From: Octopus sinensis
Taxonomy: Eukaryota
DNA length: 64,000 bases
Assembly: GCF_006345805.1 (NCBI RefSeq)
Contig: NC_043000.1
Span: forward strand, 75,330,001-75,394,000
Direction: 5' to 3'
Under the pieces are notes generated by a model, which had not been told where the DNA came from, searched no databases, and saw only the letters and a list, made by a program, of their open reading frames with translations. Position numbers and translations under genes: made by a program. How positions within the stretch are numbered: position 1 is the stretch's first letter; each line of letters starts with the position of its first letter. Below, one piece after another: positions 23,234 to 34,989 of the stretch.

Positions 23234-24029
23234 TATATTAGAGATAAAACCACTATTAGGCAAATCAAACAGTGGAAGACATAAACCAAAAAATAAATAT
23301 AAATATAATTAATATAATATACAAAATATATAAAATTTAAAATTTAAATTATTTAAATTTAAAATATTAAATTTATATTTACAAATTTTTAGATTTTTAG
23401 ATTTTTAGATTTATAAATTTTTAAACTTTTAATTTTTTAATTAATTAATTAATAAATTTTTTTTTTTACACTATCAAAAACTATTAAAAAGTTTAATATA
23501 ATATAATAAGTAAAACCACTATGTACGTTTCATGGCCATAATTCAATTCGAATTACAATTAATTTAAATTCAATTAAAAATTTGAATTATAATGACACGG
23601 CCTTTGAAAGCTAAGTAATCTATTTCTATTTAAGATTTTAAAGTATTTTAATAAGTCTTATTCTATTATTTTGTATACTATATAAATACTGATTGTTATT
23701 ATAATGATTTAGTTGTTGAAGATATTGTAAGATATTGTACGTTATTGTAAGATATTACTTAGCCAAAGATTGTTAATAGTTATACGGTTTTTAGAGTTAG
23801 GTTACTGGTTTGTAATTTTATTTTAATCTTTGATTTTTTAATGTATCTCATAAATATATTATATTAATATTTATGTAAGTAGTATTGGATTAATTAATTT
23901 ATTTATTTTTGTTTGTGTGTCTATACATTTATTGATAGTGTAAATTTTAGATTTTAATCACTATATTTGTTGATAATGATTTAGTTATTTAAAAAAAAAT
24001 ATTTTATAATTATTACAAAAGTTTCAAAT

Positions 24030-24652
24030 CGCCTAAACAAACAAATTGAAAGCAGTGAAAAGTCCCGCCTGAAAATAAAACTGTTGGAAATTGAAAAATG
24101 TCTGCAACTCTCCCATGAAAAAGAAAGAGCAGACAAAGAAGCCTGGGCTATAGACAACATAAAATCTAACCCCAGAGCTTTCTACAGGTATGCCAAAGAA
24201 ACAGCTACGGTGCACTGTAGGATAGGGCCACTCCTTGAAAAGGATGGCACACTCACAGGAAATCCAATGAGGATAAGTGAAATACTAAATGAGCAATTCA
24301 AGAGTATTTTCACGCCACCTCTAGGGCATTTTCAAGTCAGCAATCCAACTGACTTCTTTACCACTGCAGATATAAAATCGGAGGCAGCAATGATTGATTA
24401 CATCAATATAAAGGAAGACGATGTAATAAAGGCTATTGATGAAATGAAAACAAACTCAGCTACTGGCCTAGATGGATTCCCAGCAATCCATCTAAAAGTA
24501 TCTAAGAGAGTCCTAGCAAGACCACTGCAGTTCCTCTTTCAGAGCTTCCTTGCAACTGGCAAACTTCCAAGAAAACTGAAGGAAGGTAAAATATGCCCTA
24601 TTCATAAAGGAGGTAGCAGAGCGGAGGCCAAGAACTACAGACCTATCTCTCT
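24030..24652 (+). pseudogene. CR1-like LINE ORF2 internal fragment
   Basis: IKSNPRAFYRY..IGPL..LNEQFKSIFT..GLDGFPA..PIHKGGSR..NYRPISL. Confidence 0.85.
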
Positions 24653-26105
24653 GGGAAGGTCTTTGCCTGCGTAGTCCTAAACAGACTGCAGAAAATCACT
24701 GTGCAGTTTCAGAAAATCTCAGTGCAGTTTCAGATCAGAACGCTCCACCATCAACATGACCTCTCTTTGACAGCTACAGGAGAAGTGCAACCACTCTTCA
24801 CCTTCATCAATCTCACAAAGGCTTTTGACCTAGTCAGTAGAATCAGCCCGTTCAAAATCCTTGCCAAAATTTTCATCCAAGACTCTTCAGCATTGTCCAG
24901 TTGTTTATGTGGATATGAAAGGCATCATTTAATTTGATGGCTGTTCTTTGGAGGCGTTCAAAATATGTAGTGTCATGAAGCAGGACTGTATGCTTTCCCC
25001 CAACCCTGTTTGGTATCCTCTTTGCAGTCATACTGAAACATGCATTTGGGACATCAACTGATGTTGTTCACCTTTCACACCAGATCAGATGGTAAACTGT
25101 TTCATCTGTTGAGGCTGAAAGTAAAATCCAGGGTGCATCAGGTACTCATTAGAGAAATGCTGTTTGCAGATGATGCAGCACTGACAGTGCACTCTGAAGA
25201 GCAAATGCAGCACCTCATGGACAAAGTTTCAAAAGCCTGTCAGTTATTCAGTCTAACTATTAATCTGAAAAAGACCAAAGTACTGGGCTAAGGTGTCGAG
25301 CACTCCATCACCATCAACAACTACAAGCTGGAAGTAGTCTATGAATTCACCTACTTCAGCTCTACCATCTCTGATGACCTCCCCCTGCACCCTGAGATCA
25401 GCAGGCGAATCGGATAAGCATCCTTCACATTTGCCAGGCTCACAAAGAGAGTCTGAGAAAACAGAAAACTAGCTGCAAACATCAAGATTGCTGTCTTAAG
25501 GCATGCATCCTTAGTACACTACTTTATGGCAGTGAGATGTGGAGCCTCTACTCCAGACAGGTGCAGCGTCTCATCTTTTACCTTCTTAATTTGAGACACA
25601 TCTTGGATATCAAGTGGACCGACCACATCACCGGCACTGAAGTCCTCAACCATACCAACATACCAAGTATACTTACTCTGCTCCAGCAGTGCCATCTGCA
25701 CTGGTTCAGTCATATACATTGCATGCCGGACAGGAGGATCCAAAAAAAACCTCCTGTATGTGGAATTTGCCACTGGTACAAGAGCACAAGGATGACTTCA
25801 TTTCAAGGACATCTCGAGATGGAAGGAGGTCACAAATGGTTGCCCATGCTGGAGACAAATACTACAAAAGGGGATGAAGCAAGGGAAAGAAAAACAAGAA
25901 CTCCCCACCAAAGAAAAGTGCATTCGATGGAAGGAAAAACCAGTAGCGCTGGCAGAGAGCTCCTTCAAATGCAGTCGCTGCATGCATGACTGCCACTCCT
26001 GTATGGGCCTCTACAGCCACAGGAGGCACTGCACTGCCATCAGCAGCTGATGTGATTTCTTTGGGTGCAGATTCATGGTCTCTCAAGACCGATGGATGCC
26101 TGCTA
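24653..26105 (+). pseudogene. Degenerate BovB-like RTE LINE 3' half
   Basis: GKVFACVVLNRLQ, NLTKAFDLVSR, MLFADD, INLKKTKVL, C-terminal DCHSCMGLYSHRRHC. Confidence 0.85.
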
Positions 26106-26164
26106 ATATAGAATTTAAGCTATATCCTCAGGTGAAAGAAAGTCTTTGTTAAATACTAAATTCC

Positions 26165-29100
26165 CAACATGCCCAGTGGACGACCAACATGGAGGAGAAG
26201 GGTCTGGAAGTTTAAACATCCTGCAAATGGACAGAGATTTAGAGACATTATTTGGAAGACAACTGGAAGTTTCTACAGGACAACCTTTTGAGGGCTACTG
26301 ACCAGATCTGTGGATCTCTGTGGACCAGATCTCTTGACCTGAGGTAATGTGGTGGTGGAACAATGTTGTTTATAGGGCCATTAGGGAAAAGAAACAGGTT
26401 TGGAAGGACTGGAAGAATGGTGGTAGCAGGAATTGTATCAGACTGCCAGAAGGGAAGCTAGGAGACAGGTTTATTTAGCCAGAGGGGAAGAAGATAAGAA
26501 AAATTTGGCAATGTTCTGTGCTGTGAGGACCAAAGACTTGAGGTATTTCATGTTGCAAGGCAGTGTGTGAGAGAATTGTGATGTCATAGGAGAGAAATGT
26601 GTCTGCATGGATGATGGTTCACTTGCATTAAAGGAGGCTGCAAAGAGAGAGGTTTGGAGATGCCACTATGAAAGGTTGCTAAATAATGAGAATGAATGGG
26701 AGAAAGAAAGTCTGCTGAATGCTGACCCAACAGAGGGACCAGCTATCTGAATTGACAGTATCTTGGTAGATAAAGCAATTAAGGGTATGAAGACAGGGAA
26801 AGCCCCCAGTCCATCAGGAATCACCGCAAAGATGCTCAATATATCTGGTGGTGTCGGCTATAGTCTAGTCACCCGTATAGTCAACCAGGTGATACATGAA
26901 GGAGTCATATCCAATGACTGGTGTAGCATACACCAAGGTAAAGGTGATGCTTTAGATACAAATAATTACAGAAGTATCAAGTTGTTGGATCAGGTAATGA
27001 AGGTCACGGAGAGGGTCATAATCCAACTAATTAGGGAGAGAGTCAGTTTAGATGAGATGCAGTTTGGGTTCGTGCCAGGGAAAAGCACCACTGGTGCTAT
27101 ATTTCTGGTAAGACAGCTGCAAGAGAAATACCTAGCCGAAGATAAACCTCTGTACCTGGCTTTTGTTGACATGAAGAAAGCCTTTGACAGGGTCCCCCAA
27201 TCCCTTATCTGGTGGTCAATGAGGAAACTAGGAATAGATGAATGGTTAGTGAGAGCTGTGCAAGCCATGTACAGGGATGCTGTCAGTAAGGTGAGGGCTG
27301 GCAATGAGTACAGTGAACATTATGTACGTTATTTACATTTGATGGATATTTGTCCTCATCTTGTTTGTTGTTAACATGTTTTAGCTGATATGTCCAGGGC
27401 ATATGGCGTAGTGGTTAAGAATGCGAGCTACTAACCCCAAGATTCCGAGTTCGATTTCAGACTGTGACCTGAATAATAATAACATCGAAAAATACCTTAG
27501 GAATGAGAACCCAGGTTCAAAATTTCTCCAAGACACCTGATGAAGGCTGGAGGGTATATCAGCCGAAACGTGTTAACGATAAACAAGCTGAGGACAAATA
27601 TCTGTCAAATGTAAATAATGTACATAATTCCTCATCTATTAAATATAGAACTGGAATACAGTGAAGAATTCCAGGTAGTGGTAGGGGTCCACCAAGGATC
27701 AGTCCTCAGCCCTCTCTTATTCATCATAGTCCTCCAGGCAATAACAGGATGCCCCTGGGAGATCCTCTATGCTGATGACCTTGCTCTAATTGCTGAGTCA
27801 CTATCAGAACTAGAGGAAAAGTTTCAGGTGTGGAAGCAAGGATTAGAATCGAAGGGCTTTAAAAATCAACCTAGCTAAAACCAAAGACTTAATAAGTTGG
27901 AAGGCAGACAAACCACAAATCCCTTCAGGTAGATCGCCCTGCTCAATCTGTAGAAAAGGCATAGGTAGAAACTCCATAAGATGTACCCAGCGTAAGCTAT
28001 GGACACATAAGAGGTGAAGCAATATCAAAGGAAGGCTAACTGGGAAGATAGTTTTGTATGTGGCAGATGCTCAGGAGCAATAAACACTGAAAATGTGCAG
28101 AGAACAGTTTCTGTCACATTCCAGGGAGAAAAACTACAAGTAGTTGATAGCTTCTGTTACCAAGTCAGTAGCGGGGGGTGGATGCTCTGAAAGTGTAGCT
28201 GCTAGAATAAGAATAGCCTGGGCAAAGTTCAGAGAGCGTCTACATCTGCTGGTGACAAAGGGCCTCCTGCTCAGAGTAAAAGGTAAACTGTTTGACGCAT
28301 TATGTGTACGAACAGCTATGCTACATGGCAGCGAAACATGGGCCGTGACTGCTGAGGACATGCGTAAGCTCGCAAGAAATGAAGCCAGCATGCTCCAATG
28401 GATGTGTAATGTCAGTGTGCATACACAACAGAGTGTAAGCACCCTGAGAGAAAAGTTGGACTTACGAAGCATCAGATGTGGTGTGCAAGAGAGACAACTG
28501 CACTGGTATGGTCATGTGTTTCAAATGAATGGGGTCAGCTGTGTGTAAAAGTGTCACACCCTAGCAGCTGGGGGAACCTGTGGAAGAGGTAGACCCAGGA
28601 AGACCTGGGATGAGCTGGTGAAGCATGACCTTCGAACATTAGGCCTCACGAAGGCAATGACTAGTGACTGAGATGTTTGGAAATATTCTGTGCTTGAGAA
28701 GACCCAGCAAGCCAAGTGAGACCATAACCTCGTGGCCTATGCCATGGGTGTAACCAGTCCACTTATGTGTACCTTTAAACTTCATTGGACACTAAACTCT
28801 GCTTGCAAAGACCTGTTGAGGCAAGTGAAATCAAAGTCGCTGATGTGGCCAATGACAGTACCGCCTTATTGGTACTCGTGCCAGTGGAATCTTAAAAGCA
28901 CCATCCGAGCGTGATCGTTGCCAGGGTCGCCTCACTGGCACGTGAAAAACAACATTTGAGTGTGGTTGTTGTTGTTGCTGCTGGACTGGCTCCCATGCAA
29001 GTGGCATGTAAAAAACACCTTTTGAGCATGGTCATTGCCAGTACCACCTGACTGGCCCTTGTGCCAGTGGCATGTTAAAGCACTCACTACACTCTCTGAG

Positions 29101-29245
29101 TGGTTGGCATTAGGAAGGGCATCCAGCTGTAGAAACTTTGCCAGATCAGATTGGAACCTGGTGCAGCCTTCTGGCTTGCCAGTCCTCAGTCAAACCATCC
29201 AACCTATGCCAGCATGAAAAGTGGACGTTAAATGATGATGATGAT
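26165..29245 (+). mobile_element. RTE LINE copy 3, interrupted by the SINE-HHR insertion
   Basis: Same RT sequence as copies 1 and 2; continuity broken at 27317/27657. Confidence 0.95.
27318..27656 (+). mobile_element. tRNA-SINE-HHR copy C with inverted 3'-end duplicate at its 5' side and a 9-bp TSD
   Basis: TACAGTGAA at 27309-27317 and 27657-27665; 27318-27391 is the reverse complement of the element's 3' end; box A 27404-27414, box B 27447-27458; HHR-like motif 27532-27575. Confidence 0.9.
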
Positions 29246-30446
29246 GAATGTTATAGGAACTCAGAATGTAGTAATGGGCAAAATACCACTAAGCATTTTG
29301 TCCATACTATTGATTCTGCCAGCTTGCTGTCTTAATAATAATAATAATAAACTAAAACTAAATGAAAGTATTTAGAGACAATATTTATGAAATATAGGGA
29401 TTGATATCAACAAGAAAATATGAACAATATTAAATTTTTTTTTAAATTAGAAATTTGAAGACATAAGTGTATATTTTTTTTTAAATTCATAGACAATATG
29501 GAAGACAACGAGAACAAAATCAACATAAAGCAATGAAACAGTCTTCCAAGATGTGAAAAGAGATCCATAAAGATTTCAAGAAATAATTATTAGATAGTCT
29601 TGGTATAAAGAGAGGAAATTCATATATTTATTGAGACAGAATTTATAAAATATAGGGTTTGATATGAACATGAAAAACATTAAATTAAAGTATGATAAAT
29701 GTAAACAAACTAAGGTTTGCTTTTAGAAGCATTGAGATGTATTGTAAAATACAGATAAGGAAATAATTTATTCTCAAACACACAAGCACTGATAGAACAG
29801 CAGAGGCCGGATAAAATGTCCATATAAAGTGGAATAATTTATATGGATATTTTCTGCTGTCTATGCTGTTGTGTCAGCGTTTCTGTGTTTAAGAATAAAT
29901 TATTTCCTTATCTGTATATTCAGTAAAAGATTAAAGGTTCGAATATGTAAGTAAATAGCAAATAGGTTATAATGTAGGATAAGATTAATATAATCTAGTA
30001 TTGTAGATTAGGATAGATTAAATCATATAAGGTAAGTATATTGAAAGACAATATGCATTCATTAAATATTCTTTAAAATACATAATTATAGTTAATATAC
30101 AGGTAGATACACTAAAAAGTATTTCTATACCTAAATATTGCATAAACATTATTAGTATCTAAATAATTTTTTGAATATGAATTACCATTATAGTCAAGGT
30201 GGTGGAATTGTCTATATAAATACAATTACTGTGGTTATGAATAATTATTATTAGTGAAGACATCAAAAAACTATAAACATAAGGCAATTGAAAAATAATC
30301 ATATATTTACACATACATACACACATACATGCACATACATATACATTGATACATAACGTTACATGGATATATGTATATATAGACAAAAAAGAGATATATA
30401 TTTATATAAATACTTACAGAATTGTAAATATCTATATATCTATATA

Positions 30447-30684
30447 CAAGGTTTGCCAAAAGTCACCTGACAGTAAATCAAAACTATTTAATTCCAAGAT
30501 TAAAACAAAAAATTATTTTATATGAGACTTTGCTAATGAATAGACAAATGTTGAAAAAAAAATGGTGATTTTAACTCACAGCATTCAATTATTAAACATT
30601 CATAATTGGAATAAATAAATAAAATTGACTATTAAGTATTTATGGAGTTTTGATTTACTGTTGGGTGACTTTTGGCTAACCCTG
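30447..30684. mobile_element. Tc1/mariner-type MITE
   Basis: ~40-bp imperfect TIRs (cagggttagccaaaagtcacc..), flanked by TA. Confidence 0.8.
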
Positions 30685-30696
30685 TATACATATATA

Positions 30697-32060
30697 TCAT
30701 CATCATCATCATCGTTTAACGTCTGTCTTCCATGCTAGCATGGGTTGGACGGTTTAACCGGGGTCTGGAAAGCCTAGAGGCTGCATCAGGCTCCAGTCTG
30801 ATCTGGCAGTGTTTCTACAGCTGGATGCCCTTCCTAACACCAACCACTCCTTGAGTGTAGTGGGTGCTTTTTACATGCCACTGACACAGGGGCCAGGGAA
30901 GGCTGGCAACGGCCATGATCGGTTGGTACTTTTTACATGCCAGTCTAGGCAAAGCTGGCATTGGCCACGTTCGGATGGTGCTTTTTACGTGCCTCCGGCA
31001 TGGGTATCACAACTGCAATTTCCATTTGATTTTGATTTTGATGTTGATGTGCTTGACTCAATAGGTCTCCTCAAGCACAACAGGTCACCCCACGATCCAA
31101 GGTAAGCACAGCAGGCCATCCTCCAATCCAAGGTACTTTGGATGGGCTGGAGCTGCTATGTGAAGCTGGTGCTGGAATCAGCCATGAACTCACGTTATTT
31201 GTTGGGTCTTTGCAGTCACAGCATATCTCCAGAGGTCTAGGTCTTTCGTTATTACTTCTGTGAAGCCCAGCATTCTAAGGTCATGCTTGACCACCTCATC
31301 CCATGTCTTCCTGGGTCTACCTCTGCCCCAGATTCCTTCAACTGTTTGGGAGTGGAACTTCTTCACACATCTCTCCTCATCCATCCATAGTACATAACTA
31401 TACCAGTGCAAATGTCTCTCTTGCACGCCACATCGGATGCTTCTTATGTCCAGCATAAGGACATGAGGATTCTTATCTCTCAGGGCACTTACACTCTGTC
31501 GTGTATGCACACTAACATTACACATCCAGCAGATCATGCTAGCTTCATTTCTTTCAAGCCTACGCATGTCCTCTGCAATCACAGCCCGTGTTTCACTGCC
31601 GTGAAGCATGGCAGTTCGCACACATGTGTTGTACTATCTACCTTTCACTCTGAGCGAGAGACCCTTTGTCACCAGTAGGGGTGGAAGCTTTCTAAACTTT
31701 GCCTAGGTTGTTCTTTAGTGGTGACACTCTTTGAGCATCCACCTCTGCTACTAACTTGGTCACCTAGGTAGTGGAAGCTATCAACTACTTCTAGTTTCTC
31801 CCGCTGTAGTGTGATGGAATCTGTTTTCTGAGTGTCTGTGGTGTCTATTACTCCTGTGCATCTGCCGCACACGAAAGCTATCTTCTCGGTTAATTTTGCT
31901 GCACCTATTATGCATCCATAGCTTACACAAGGTATACCTTATGGAGTTTCTACCTACATCTTTTCTTCAGATCAAGCAGGGCCACCTATCTGAGGGTGTG
32001 TGTGATGAGTTCACCTTCCTATTTACTATAACTTTGGTCTTTGCTACATTGACTCTAAGG
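30697..32060 (-). mobile_element. RTE LINE copy 4 (5'-truncated, older)
   Basis: MLHGSET, HLHWYSYV, GRGRPRKTWDEVVKHDL on the minus strand; (GAT)n tail at 30697. Confidence 0.9.
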
Positions 32061-32093
32061 CCTTTTGATTCTAAACCTAGCTATATGTATGTA

Positions 32094-32124
<31 letters not shown>

Positions 32125-32415
32125 ACACGTGTGTGTAGTGGTCAGTAGATAGTTTGGTGGAAAGATATAGATCATTAGTATTTGAGTTTCTGGCTGCCTG
32201 TGGCAAAGTAACAACATTTCTTGTGCAAAAGAAGGAAGGAAACAAATCTACAAATTGCTACATATCATCATCATCATCATTTAGCGTCCGTTTTCCATGC
32301 ACCATCTGTTCGTGTTCGTTGCCAGCCTCGGCTGGCCCCCGTGCCGGTGACACGTAAAAGCACCGTCCGTTCGTGGCCGTTTGCCAGCTCTTTCTGGCCC
32401 CGTGTCAGTGGCACG

Positions 32416-32500
<85 letters not shown>

Positions 32501-32615
32501 ATATATATATATAATATATATGTATATATACATATGTATATATATATGTATATATACATATGTATATATATATGTATATATATGTATATATACATATGTA
32601 TATATATATGATATA

Positions 32616-32647
<32 letters not shown>

Positions 32648-32654
32648 GGTAAAC

Positions 32655-33115
32655 AGTAAAAATAATTACAGACATGGACAAGAACATGAAACACCACAGA
32701 GACGACACAAGAACCACAGGACGGGACATTCGAAGCCCTCAGTCATCAGTCAAGAACCAGATCATCTTACCAATTTCGGCTGATTAATCTTGAGATTGCT
32801 CCGATATGGGCAGCCCGCCAAGGGAAATCTAAGCCAAGCGCATTAGATCCCCTGGAAGAAAGCTTCGAATGTATACAACACGAGGACGGAAAACGAACGA
32901 AGTACACGAACAAAAATACAGAATACGTGACACCAATAAGAATACAAAAACGTAAAAACAATAACGGTAAAAATAAAAAACAAAACGAAACCAGGACGTA
33001 GGACAAGGGTCTTTCGACAGGACGAGTTGAGTATGGGGCTGGCTTGTGAAGCTGTGCCTAATGGCTGCAGGGAGACGAACAAATACGTGTTGCTTCGGCG
33101 GCTGCTGGAACGAAA
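32655..33115 (+). mobile_element. Diverged relative of the 11729 non-coding repeat family, between (TA)n tracts
   Basis: Shared caatttcggctgattaatcttgagattgctcc and cattagatccc..ggaagaaagc..cgaatgtatac blocks; a further copy lies inverted at 40470-40830. Confidence 0.75.
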
Positions 33116-33235
33116 ATATACATATGTATATATATATATATCTATATATATATACATATATATATATATACATATGTATATATATATATACATATGTATA
33201 TATATATAACATATGTATATATATATACATATGTA

Positions 33236-33303
<68 letters not shown>

Positions 33304-33807
33304 TATATATATATATATTATATACATATGTATATATGTATATATATATGTATATGTATATATGTATATATATATATGTATATGTATATTATATATATAT
33401 ATATATATATATACATATGTATATATATATTATCTATATATATATATACATATGTATATATATACATATATATATAACTTTGTTACTCTCTTGCTGATCA
33501 AGTGTTATTCTTCTTGTTCAAGTCTTACAATGCAATCACACATACACACACACACCACACACACACACGCACGCACACACAAACACACAGTTCGAATTTA
33601 CAGAAAACAAAAGGCAAGGACAGGTGGAAGGAACAACAAGCAGGTGTATTAGTTCGACACTTGGGAAGAATGGAAAAGAATCTTTGACCTTTTGAGCCTA
33701 TGCTCTTCAACAGGAAGGGTTGTGAGGCAAAAAAAGGAAAGACAATGGAAAAGATGGTGGGAAAAGAAATGTGTAGGGATTAATGGTTATATATATATAT
33801 ACATATA

Positions 33808-34504
33808 ATATAGTAAAGAAAAATAAGTTGGCTAGCAGCAAGCTGTTTCGCCTCATACCGAAGGAATTAGAAATGGCAGTCAAAGACCGTTTTTTCCATT
33901 TCTATAAGTGGAGGTTCCAAAAACGAAGGCCCTTGCGGCTCACATACACAAAACCGGAGTGGCAAATACACAAATTCAGTCACTTACCGTTAATAGCGAA
34001 CACGGTGTTTCTGGATCACAAACATATAAAAAAAAGGTTGAGTTTGAATTCCTTCATCAGCTCTATATTCGTTAGCTTTATCAAATGCCACCAGCCCTCA
34101 CTTCTGACCCAGCGACATCAGATAGTGGGGGGTAGTGCGCAGATGTTAAAACCAAGTAACGACTGGGAACGTAAATTTTCCCTCCAAAATTTTGCCATGC
34201 ACGCCTTCTGGGTAATCGTAATGGAATGAGGAATCCACATGGTAATACAATAAAAATGGTAAATAATTTTCCTGTGGTTTTTCATGTAACCAACAATTAT
34301 TTACCGGTAAATTTCGGTATGTAAATACGACAAAATAATTGTCAAGACCTTTGTAAGGTTCAGTATATAGTAAAGAAAAATAAGTTGGCTAGCAGCAAGC
34401 TGTTTCGCCTCATACCGAAGGAATTAGAAATGGCAGTCAAGACCGTTTTTTCCATTTCTATAAGTGGAGGTTCCAAAAACGAAGCCCTTGCGGCTCACAT
34501 ACAC
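33808..34504 (-). mobile_element. Retrozyme-like 557-bp unit present as a 1.25-mer
   Basis: Direct repeats 33808-33949 and 34365-34504 differ by two 1-nt indels; internal HHR; flanked by (TA)n. Confidence 0.75.
33993..34066 (-). ncRNA. Type I hammerhead, canonical core
   Basis: AUAGAG-CUGAUGA-A-GGA..CAAAC..GUUUG..UCC-A-GAA-ACACCGUGU-U-CGCUAU. Confidence 0.75.
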
Positions 34505-34760
34505 ATAATATATATATATACATACATATATACATATATGTATATATATTATATATATATATATATATATTATTATATATATATATATATAAAGGGAAAT
34601 TTTACGAAAATAGACAAAAGATGAAGGCAGATGGAGTACAAACAAACAAATGTATTAGTATAACACTCAGGAATAGAAAAAGTCTTTTATGTTTTGAGCC
34701 TACGCTCTTCAACAGAAAGATACAAAGAAAGAAACAGGAGAGAAAAAAACACACACACAC

Positions 34761-34878
<118 letters not shown>

Positions 34879-34884
34879 CATATA

Positions 34885-34929
<45 letters not shown>

Positions 34930-34989
34930 ATATATATATACATAAAGTTTGCTTACTTAAATCTAATATTTCAAAGTATGAAAATTAGT

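Noticed and set aside
29780-29870. Long hairpin after CUGAUAGA
   Set aside because: Core is imperfect and GAAA is absent.
32810-32860. Pistol-ribozyme-like CUAAGCCAAGCG
   Set aside because: The pseudoknot partner is absent; the segment folds as a simple hairpin.
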